DNA of 64,000 bases from Octopus sinensis (taxonomy: Eukaryota): assembly GCF_006345805.1 (NCBI RefSeq), contig NC_043022.1:17608001-17672000 (forward strand), written 5' to 3'. The notes under the pieces were generated by a model that did not search any database, was not told the DNA's origin, and was given only the letters and a program-made list of their open reading frames with translations. Of the stretch, positions 36,101 to 47,900 are shown one piece after another. The position numbers and the translations under genes were made by a program. How positions within the stretch are numbered: position 1 is the stretch's first letter; the number at the start of each line of letters is the position of its first letter.

Positions 36101-39100
36101 AAGTATCTGCTTCAGTTTGAGAGCCAGGAAAGCTTGTGGGCTGTGCAGTGCACAAAAATATCCTTTGTGCTTGGCATAATGTCTTGTAGAAGCTGCAGAG
36201 CTGGGCAAAGCTCTTCCAGTTTATAGGTGTCAGTTAAAACATACATTTTCTTTACAAGTAGAGACACAACAGGTTATATCATATGTTGTGTGGTGTTGTT
36301 ATGTTTAATTAATCAACTCCATTCCATTGTAAGCTCAAGTGAACCTTTGCTGCTGTCATTGTTCACCTCATTCACTAACCTAAATAACCCTTTTTTTTTA
36401 TTTTCGGCCCCAGAACATCTTCAGTAACTATGGATTACCCTGATGTCATGGAGAGCTGTTTGCAAACTGGACCGCCTGCACTTCGACGTTTTTCACGAGC
36501 ATTCAGGTAAGAGAAGCTTCAAAATGGTTTTATTTTTGAACTAAAATTCTGAAAATTACTGCCAAATTGAGGACTGACCTTTCAAATTTGTTATTCTTCA
36601 TCATCATTGCCACCACCACCACCACCATCATCATTGTCATCATCATCGTATGTTTTGAGTTCAAATTCTGCAGGAATTGATTTTCATCCCTTATTGTCAA
36701 TAAAATGAAGAGGCTGTCAAATATTACAGCCAATATAATTGACCAGTCTCCTCCCACACACACAGGCACATTACAAAAATAGGATTATGGCCTTCCATGT
36801 TTGTTAGAAATTATTGTTATTAGTATTACAATTAGTATTACAATTAGTATTACAATTAGTATTACAATTAGTATTACAATTAGTATTACAATTAGTATTA
36901 CAATTAGTATTACAATTAGTATTACAATTAGTATTACAATTAGTATTACAATTAGTATTACAATTAGTATTACAATTAAGACAGTGAGCTGACAGACTTG
37001 TTAGTCTGCTGGACATAACACTTAACAATATTTCATCTGTCTTTATGCTCTGAGGTTGACTTTGCCTTTCATTCCTTTTGGGGTTGAGGAATAAGTACCA
37101 TTTGAACACTGAGGTCAGTGTAATCAACTCATCCCCTCCTCCAAAATTCCAGGCCTTGTGCCCATTAGTAGAAAGGATTATGACTTTTATTATTATTATT
37201 AGGGCGGTCAACTGGCAGAATCGCTTGCTGCCAGGAAATGCTTTCTGAGATTTGTTCTGGCTTTTAACTTTCTGAGTTCAAATTAGACCAAGGTCAACTT
37301 TACCTTTTGTCCCTCCCCTCCAGACTTGTTAAAATACGGTGCCAGTCAAGTGTTGGGTTTTGAAGCTTTTGACTGACCCCTCCCCTCAAAACAAATTGCT
37401 GGCCTTGTGCCTGAATCTGTTGTTGTTGTAACTTCCAGTTTTTCCCTCACTGAAATCAGTTGAGAAAATTTGCAATCTTGCGACCAATGCTACTCAATTT
37501 TCAGTTTCTAAAATGTTTTGGATATTGTTGTGTGGTAAGGTTCAGTCCTACTGTGTCTTCTACTGTAGCCTCAAGCCAACTAAAGCCTTGTGAGTGGATT
37601 TGGTTGACAAAATCTGAAAGAAGCCCATCGTGTATACATATATGAATATGTTTGTGTGTGTGTGTCTGTGTATGTATGTTTGTATCTGTCTACCCCTAAC
37701 ACCACCACCACTTTACAGCCAGTGTTGGTGTGTTTACATCCGTGTCACTTAGCAGGTTGGCAAAAGAGATTAACAGAATAAGTACCAGGCTTTAAAAAAA
37801 CTACTGGGAAAGATTCATTCAACTAAAAAATTCTCCACAGTGGTACCCCAGTATGGCCACAGTGTATTGAGTGAAACAAGTAAAAGCTAAAAGATTTCTT
37901 TGGTTTACTTTCTTCCAAATCAAATGAGACGACTTTTGGGACAAGTTGACCTTTCGGACAAGTTGACCTTTCGGACAAGTCAAAGCAACAACATGCATTA
38001 TGTTGTTGTTGTTATTTTCATTGTTTGGTTTCAGTTCTGACTTAGTGAGCTTATTTTTCTTAAATCAAAGGTGTTCCAGCCATGACCCTCCAATAGTACA
38101 TGAAGAAATACATTTTTTAATGTGATTTTCTTTTTTCAAGATGGTCTGAGAGAGAATTGGTTGTTATTTCTTGCAGGTTGGTCATTTAAAAGCTCCTTTG
38201 TTGGATGAATTGACACAAACTGTCAAATACTGGACTAAATTCAAATAGAATTACAATAATTCATTGGAGTTTTCCTGTTTTGTTTTTGTTATTTTTTATG
38301 ATATTAAGATTATTGACAAAACCTATGAATGCTTCAAAATGCATTTATGGAAGCCAGAAACCAGATGCAATCTAATTACTTAATTGCTGTTTCCTTTAAA
38401 TGATTAAAATTCAAATGTCTTTTTTCACTTTCAAAAACAGAAATGTCCTGTGCTGGTGCCACGTAAAAAGCATCCAGTCCACTCTGGTGATGATGATGAT
38501 GATGATGATGGTGAGGGAGAGAGAGGATAACTGTGGGATAAGTTTAAACTAAATGCCTTTTAGTATTTAATTCTTTGTTTTGAGTTCAAATTTGATTTCC
38601 ATTCCTCATGAATTGTTAAGAGAATTACCTGACATCTATCAGGGAAGAATGAGTTAATTCATTCTGCTTACTCCATTTAAAATATGCAGCCTTGTGAACC
38701 CCCCTCCCCCAACCATACCAGTAAACTACAAGGGTCCCTTCCAACTGAACCTACTCTTTGTTTACAAATAATCATTAGCGAAATAAGAAATGATTTCTCT
38801 TTTTTGTTTTTCTTTTTCTTTGCAGGATTGCCATCAATATTTTTATCCTGATCACCCAGTTTGGTTTCTGTTGTGTCTATGTGGTGTTTGTGGCCGAAAA
38901 CATTTCAGACGTGAGTAGAATTTGTTGGTATTGCAGTGAGGGGTGTGTGCATTACTTGCATTGTGTTCATAAGGCTGTGTTGCATGGATTGCAGCATTTG
39001 TACTTCATAATCAATGATAGTCAAGATTTCATTTGGGGAAAGAGTTGCTCCCAACAAATATGCAAAATGTGGAAAAGTCTACAGAAGCTGTTCTTTTGAC

Positions 39101-40275
39101 CATTTAGCATTTCAATCAATCATATCTGGGAGTCCACATACTCTGCCTGTTTTCTGTTCAAATTGGCCAGATCCAGCCTCTCACACCTGCTCCAGAATGT
39201 GATTTTGAAAATAAACAATCACATCATCAAAATCTTGAAGCTATGAGATAATGCAGGATTAATTCAAAATAACGAGAATAAATGAATAAATAATTGACAT
39301 GTTTGACAGAATACTCTGAATAGAAAGAGTTGATGTAAGAAACAGGCAAAAATACCCCTGACCAGACAACATCGATTTGATGGAGGGAGTGAGCTAATTG
39401 TACAACACAGACATTCGATCACTATAAACAAGTCATTTGGCAAAAAGCTGAATGCTCCTATGTCATTTTTGATGAGAGAGTCCATTACTCCTCCTCCTCC
39501 TCCTCCTTCTTCTTCTTCTTCTTATTATTATTATGCAAATGGCAGGAGATAGACAGAACTCTTAGTTTGTAGGACAAAATGCTTCATAGTACTTAGTTAT
39601 GACAGCCATTGTAAAATTTGCATTTCATAATCTTTGTGATTGATGTTTTTCAACTATTTTTAGCCTATGGACCCCTTTGATTCCTAGTTTACTCTGCTGG
39701 ACCCCATTCAATGTTTAAAAAGTCTTATTATATTTTTATAACGAAATATTATTAGGAACTGTATAAAAAAAAGATTGTTAAAATGTTTTATGTATTGTAA
39801 GAAGCATAACCAATTTGTTGCTTGTGAATTTTAACAACAAAATCTTATGTGGACCCCAGTTGAGAACCGTTGTAAAGAATCAGACAAATCCTGGGATCGA
39901 TTGACTAACCCTCTCCCCTCCACTGAAATCCTGTCTTTATTCATTGTTTCTGTTTCCCTTTTCAGGTGGTTGATGTCTTCCCTGTGGCGCACTGGGACAA
40001 TATTTCCTATATGTGGCTCATCAGCATCTTTCTCATCCCTTACTGTTTTATTCGAAACCTAAAAACCTTGGCTGTCTTCTCATTGTTGGCCAACATCATC
40101 ACCATCATCGGACTGGTCATCATCTACCAGTATATCGTACAGCATCTCCTGCCAATGTCTCAGGTGCAACTGTACACCAGTTTCTCCCAGTTACCAATGT
40201 TCTTCGGTATTGCTGTCTATTCTTTTGAAGGTATCAGTTTGGTAAGTCACACACACACATGCACACACACGCACA

Positions 40276-40313
<38 letters not shown>

Positions 40314-41866
40314 ACACACACACACACACACACACTAGTGGCCTGGTGGTTAGGGTGATGCACTCACAATTGCTCAGTCATGGGTTTGATTCTCGAACCA
40401 GCTGATACATTGTGTTCATTAGCAAAAACACTTCATTTCATGTTGCTCCAGTCCACTCAGCCGTAAATGGGTCACCCATGCGATGGAATAGTCTTTTGAT
40501 CAGGGCTGAATTTTAGCCTGGTCCACCTAGCCAGCAAGAAGGTGGCATCATTTGAAAGCTAAAATGATGCAGAACACATTGTAACCAAGTGAACAGTGAC
40601 CAGTGATGTATAACAACACCAGATAATCTGGCCAGACATGTGATTATATATAATTTCATTTTTTGAAAATAGGTAGTTACAATTTTTTTCAATGACTTTT
40701 GTCAATGTTATGACTTTTTATTTTGACATTTGATAGCCGTTACTTTTAGCTTACTTTAGAAGCAAATTGTGTGTAATTTTGTTTACAGCTATTAGTTCAG
40801 TTTCAGTTTTAATAAAGACGAACATTTTTGCCATATTTTGCTTTTTTATTTCCGTAAAGGCAAGAAAGTTGCTGAGGCTGACAAAGAGATTCTTGAAGTT
40901 TATGGTGTTGATTGCTCAACAGAACACACAAGTCAGAAAAGGTTTAAAAAGTTCCATTCAGGAGATTTTTCACTCAAAGGTGACCAATGTTCAGGTTGAC
41001 CTATTGAAGTTGATGATGACTGAATCAAGGCCATAATTGTATCTGATTGTCATATAACTGTGCGAGAGATTGCAGAGAGGTTAAAGGTATCACACGCAAC
41101 AATTGAAAATCACTTAAAATGTCTTTGACTGGTTAAGAAGCTCGATTTTTGGGTTCCACATGAATTGAAAGAGATTCACTTAACACAACGAATCAATATT
41201 TGCGATATGCATCTCAAACGCAATGAAATCGAACTTGTTTTAAAACGAATCATCACTGGTGATGAAAAATGCACTGCCTACAATAACATCAATCAAAGAC
41301 GATCATGGTCCGAGCGTAATGAATGAGCACAAGCCACAGTGAAAGCTGAATTGCATCAAGAAAGGTCATGCTGTCAATTTAATGGGATTACAAAGGTGTT
41401 CTGTCTTTTGAGCTCCTTCTAAGGAACCAAACGATCAATTCAGATGTTTGTTGTCAACAACTAAAAATGGCCAGAATTGGCAAATTGTAAAGGAAGTGTG
41501 TTCTACCATGACAACGCTAGACTACACATGTCTTTGCTAACTCGTAAAAAATTATTGGAGCTTGGTTGGATGATCACATCCACTATATAGCCCTGACCTT
41601 GCACCATCAGATTACCATTTATTTTGAAGTTTGCAAAATTCTTTGAATGGTAAAACTTTCAATAATGATGATGACCTGAAATCGTATTTGTTTTAGTATT
41701 TTGCTGATGAAGACCAGAAGTTCTATGAACATGGAATTACCAAAAAGATGGCAAAAGGTCATCGAACAAAATGGAAAATATTTGATTAAAGTTCGTTCTT
41801 TGTATGAAAAAAAATGACTTATTTCACACTAAAAAACCAAAATTCCTTCCTTGCTAATCCAATATG

Positions 41867-41905
<39 letters not shown>

Positions 41906-44900
41906 TATATATATCAGATAGGAGTGGTGCAAGAGAGCAACATGTTTAACTAATTGTATCTGCATGTTTAGAGAATAAATCACTAATTTGTATGAAAAAC
42001 AATAGCTTAAGTTATTTAGGATAGTTTTATATATATGTATATATAGACATGTATGTATAGTGTTTTATATATATATACAGAAACAAACACACACAATCTG
42101 GTGACCCTCCCCTCTGTGCATCCAACACAGACATTCATACACACAATCTCTCTCTCTCTCTCTCATATCCTAGTCATAACATGTCCAATGTTATCTCTTG
42201 TATTTACTGAAAAAAGTAAACTATGTTACTTGTTGACTAAAAATTGTTTTTTTTTCTCTTGGTAATACAATCATTTCTTTGTTGAAATTTTAATGATCAT
42301 TAAATGACTTAATTGTTTTTCATACTTATTAGTTATTCTCTAAACGGTTAAATATGTTGCTCTTTTGTGCCACTTCTATTGAAATTACGTTTGTTCACAC
42401 ACACACACGCATGCACTTATTCACACACACTCTCTCCCTCTCTTTCTCCCCCTCTCTCTTTGACAAACTTAAACATTTTATTTATTTTTTCAGTACTTTT
42501 TTAGTTTTTCTTTTTATCTTTATAATTTGTAGAAATTTCCTGACAACATTTTCTGAAATTTTCTTTCTTTTACTCCACATTTCAATTCGTCTCTCATCTT
42601 CTTGGCTTCAGTTTCCTCTAACAGCAACAACAACAACAAAAGGCTTTTCATAGCTTTTCCTCTGCTAAACTATTTCCCAGTCAAGTGCATCATGTCACAA
42701 TCTTTCCCCTTCTTCCTCTGCATCCTCCCCCACCTCACCAATCCCCTCACCATTGTTTCCTTGTCTTTCTGGATCTTTCCCTTCTTCTCCATCCCTATAT
42801 CACCCACACACCACATTCCATTGCTCTTCTCAATATCCCTCACAGGTTCCATTCCCACCAATTCTCTGCATTTTCTCTCCACAATGTGGTCTGGATGCAA
42901 CAGCAGTGGTGGGGGTCACCAGGTAACTGGCAAGACAAAGATCCTTTGAGAGGGGATGGGGACATTGGAGGAGGTTACAGTGCAACAGAGGGATAGAAAC
43001 GGGTGTTTTGCTGTAGAGGGAGGGGGGTACATGGTTACTCAGTTGGAAAGAGAGAGTGAAAGAGAACAGGAGGGTGAGAGTGCAAGAGAGAGAGAGTGGT
43101 GAAGTGCCAAGGCCATACCCCCAAGCTCAGAATATAAATGGGGTGGTAGAGTATTGTCAAGGATGCATGAATAGGGAGTAGGGACTTCACATGAATACGA
43201 AGAGTGTTGGGGTGGGTGAAACATGGGTCTATAGAGGAGGTGGGGGACAACAAAGTAGCAATGATACAGTGAGGACAGGGTTGGGGAGCAAGCGATAAGC
43301 AAAGTGCAGAGAAAGAGGAAATGTGAGGAAGAGAAGAGATATAGTTTGATTTGTTGGGGTAGGATGTGCGAAAAATTTTCTTTTTGTTGTTACATGTAGT
43401 TGGAACACACAGTGTTCCCAGAACTCAGTTTTGCTGAGGTGGGCAGGTCTTCTCTAGAACCTCATATCACCAGACATCTCTCGGTCTATTGTCATCCCCT
43501 CCATGAGGTCCAACATCCTGAGATCATCCCATGTCTTCCTGGGTCTCCCTCTTCTGCAGGTGCCATCCACTTTCAGCAATCAGCACTTCTTTATACAGCT
43601 ATCTACATTCATACGCATCTTATGTCCAAACTAACATAGTTTTCTCTCTTGGATGCTGCATCCGATTCCTCTTCTGCCCAACTTTATCTATACATTTACA
43701 CTTTGTCATACGTGCACACTGATGTTGCACATCCAACAGAGCATACTACCTTCATTCCTCTCCAGTCTACGCATGTCCTCTGCATTCAGAGCCCAGGTCT
43801 CACTACCATGGAGTATAACCATTTGTACACAAGCATCATACAATCTACCTTTCACTCTGAGAGAGAGAATCTTTTTGTTGCCAACAGAAGTAGTAGCTCT
43901 CTGAACTTCCTCCATCCTACTCTTATTCTTGCAACAATATTTTCAGAGCATCCTTCACCATTATTAATTTGGCCACCTAGGTAAACAACCTTGAGAGAGC
44001 CTCCAGAGCATTTGCAAAAGTCCGATTCCCTTGTATCCTTACTGATTGTTTCCCCATATCTAATAACTTTCCTCTTGTTTTCGCTTTCATGGTTTCACTC
44101 ACATCCCTCACTGTATTTCTCTTTTTCTTTCCTTCTAACAAGGTTCTTCCTATTGAAAACAAAATGAGAAATCCACAAGATTTCCCTGGTTGGACAGGAA
44201 TTCTAAATCTTGGAATGACCATTGTGGTTTGCCTCTATGCATCACTTGGCTTCTATGGTTATCTCTCTTTCGCTGATAGTATTGAAGGAAGTATAACATT
44301 AAATCTACCATCAAATTGGTGAGTTGTTTACTTTATTCATAATAACTTTTTGTCATTTTTCTTTTCATATTATATAATATTATATACATATACATATATA
44401 TGTATATATATATATGAGCATGCACATACTGGGTCATCCCATAAATAATGTGGTTTTTTCAATTGCATGAACTAAAAGTTGGAGGGGGACTGGATAAACT
44501 ACCTGCATCAACTTGTTATAAAAGCAGGTAGAAATTTTACCTTGTCCTTATTCTTAGTGCAAGTTTTGAAGAGTGCTGTTCAATTTTAACAGCTATTTTT
44601 TCAAAGCTATAATGGAAGTGACAAAGGAGCATATTTGGTATATATTTTGCTTAATGAGTTCAATAAAGGCACCAACACAATGCAGAGTGCAAGGAGTATT
44701 AATGCAGTGTATGGGGATCGGACAATAAGTGAATGCCAGTGTCAATGAGGGTTCCAGAAACTCTGAGCTGGAAACTACAGCCTGGATGATGATCCCTGTC
44801 CTGGAAGATCTGTAGATCCTACAAACTGTGGTGGAACAAAATCCCATTGTAACTGTTGAGGAACTAGCAGAGAAGCTTAGATTTGGTCAGTCAACCATTC

Positions 44901-47900
44901 ATTGACACCAGTGTACCATTGGAAAATGACCCTCTTTGGATTCAAGACAAAAGGTGTTCTTCCATCAGGATAATGCTTGGCTACATACAGTGAGGATGAC
45001 ATTCGAAAGGCTGGAGCAGTTTGAATGGGAAATGATGCCCCACCTACGATATTTGCCAGGCATTGCCTCTTCTGATTATTGTTTATTCTGCAGTCTTCAA
45101 AATCATTTGGAAGAAAAACAATACGAATTCTGTAGATGAGGTCAGAACAGTTCTGGAGGATTATTTTTTGTCACGGACAAGGGAATTTTGTAAGAGGGGC
45201 CTTGCAAGTCTATCAGATTGATGGAAGGGCATTGTAGAAAATGAGTGAGAGTATATTTTAGATTAAAAAAGAACTTTGTTTACCTTAATTTAGAAAAATA
45301 GAAGAAATATAAAAAACTGCATTATTTATGGGATGACCCAATGCACACACGCACACACACAAACGTGACTCAGAAGCAGTGGTATATAAATCTATTTGTT
45401 TATTCTGTCAAAGGGGAGATCACTGCAATGAATCATTTGTATGGTGTTCAATTGACCTTCATTGGTTTTTATTGTATCCATGGTGATCATCATCATCATT
45501 GTTTAACGTCCGTTCTCCATGCTAGCATGGGTTGGACAGTTCGACCGGGATCTGGGAAGCCAGAAAGCTGCACCAAGCTCTGGTCTGTTTCTACACCTGG
45601 ATGCCCTTCCTAACGTCAACTACTCTGTGTGCCACTGGCACAGGTGCCAGGCGAGGCTGGCAAGGGACATGGGATGGACTCACTTGTCCTGCCGGGTCTT
45701 CTCATGCACAGCAAATTTCCAAAGGTCTCAGTCGCTAGTCATTGCCTCGGTGAGGCCTAATGTTCGAAAGTCGTGCTTCACTACCTCGTCCCAGGTTTTC
45801 CTGGGTCTACCTCTTCCACGGGTTCCCTCAACCTCTAGGGATTGGCACTTTTTCATACACCTATCTTCATCCATTCTTGCCACATGACCATACCAGCGCA
45901 ATCGTCTCTCTTGCACACCACAGCTGATGCTTCTTAGGTCCAACTTTTCTCTCAAGGTGCTTACACTCTGTCGAGTATGTACACTGACATTACACATCCA
46001 TCAGAGCATACTGGCTTCATTTCTCATGAGCTTACGCATGTCCTCAGCAGTCACGGCCCATGTTTCACTGCCATGTAGCATGGCTGTTTGTACACATGCG
46101 TCATACAGTCTGCCTTTTACTCTGAGTGAGAGGCCTTTTGTCACCAGCAGAGGCAAGAACTCCCTGAACTTTGCCCAGGCTATTCTTACTCTAGCAGTTA
46201 CACTTTCAGCACACCCACCCCCACTACTGACTTGGTCACCTAGGTAACAGAAGCTATCAACTACTTCTAGTTTTTCCCCCTGGTGATAAGCCAATAAAAC
46301 ACTTCTATTTAAATTATGCAGATTACTCCAAGCCATCTTTGGTAGATTACTCCATCTACCAAATCCACTCACAATGCTTTGGTTGGCTCAAAGCTATAAT
46401 AGAAAACACTTGCCCAAGGTGCCTTGCAGCAGTACTGAACCCAGAACCATGTAACCATGTAGTTGGACGCAAGCTTCTTACCACACAGCCCTACTTGCAC
46501 TGTTTATAAAGACAGAGCACCCATCCCCTTGATGTAGCAATGATGTTAGCATGAATGTCCTTGAGGGCTAAGCTCCTTTACTGCAGGTACTTGATAACAC
46601 CACGATGCCAAATTTTGTTCATTTTCAAGAGAATTCAATACCATTTACTTTTGAAGTCTTCTTTGTACAGTCAGGTATCAGTTTACCTAGAAAGAAACAA
46701 TGAACTTATTGATAAGAAGGGTTGAAATCAATGCATGAAAGATTTCACAGCTGTAGCAACTCCTTCATAGTCGGCCAATGAACTTTTCAGCCCACTTGCG
46801 TGTTTGTGTTATTTTTGTTGAGACAGTCTCTTGCTAGTCTGAATTTCACTTGGTGCTGCACAGGATCTTCAGGCAAAGATCCTGCCTACCTCCAGCTGTG
46901 ACTCAAAGTAGGTAGAGAAACTGACTCAACCAAAATAAAAACATATTAACCTCTAATAGGGTATTGATTACTCCTTTTTTCTGACACTTAACACTTAATG
47001 TATGTATGTGTTTGTGCAACTCTTTGAAAATATTTTATTTTTCTACATAATTATACAAGTTTGGCTTTTTTTCTTTTTCGTTCTGTGCAGGTGGTACACA
47101 AGTGTCAAGTTGTTATTTGCAGTTTCTATCTTCATATCTTATGGTATCCAGTTCTATGTTCCAATGAACTTATTGAGTTCACCAATTCGAGAAAGATTTG
47201 GATCAACCAAGTACAGTCAAATAATCGACCATGCCTTACGAGTCATCTTAATCTGTGCATTAAGTAAGTCCATTGTGGTTTTGTGTTTTTGGTGTTGTTT
47301 CGGTTCCTTCCTATTGTTTCTCTGATTTCTTGTTAGTTATTTGTCGAAGACGACCAAAAGAGTAGGGATGATATAATGAGATTTATAACATTTTGGGGTT
47401 ACTGAGAAAACTTTCGTCGTTGTGTATCCAATCAAAGACAAGTCAGTCTAATGAGGTCTTCCAACTACGATTTCTCGATCTGCGAATGGGTGTCAATATA
47501 ACTCTGTCATTTAATTAAATACTTCTCAATGATGTTGTGATGTTGCAGTTTACAGTTTCTGTTCTAAATAATGACTTGGCAGAGTGTTTAGAATATGAGA
47601 CAAAATGCTTCAGAATGCTACACTCAGAGTTCAAATCCTACCATGCCCTACTTAGATGCTAGACTTGACCTGTCATCTGGTTTAACATTGGGTATCTTCA
47701 GGTGAGTTGGGAGAATTCAGGTTAGCTTTCTGGTTTGAGAATGTCTTCTTGCCTTGCCACCGGTCTTAGAGGCCTTGTAACAAGCCATGGCCACTCCTCC
47801 TGACTAAAAGATAAAACAAATCAGTAGATAGAATGGTATATGACCACACCAGACGATGATAAGATATGAACCAGCAATTCTTTCATTACTAATATGGTAT

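Noticed and set aside
47395-47455. Minus-strand CUGAcuu-GUC...GAC-GAAA...UC hammerhead-like motif
   Set aside because: Core G8 and A9 are absent and stem I is mismatched. At best a dead remnant.
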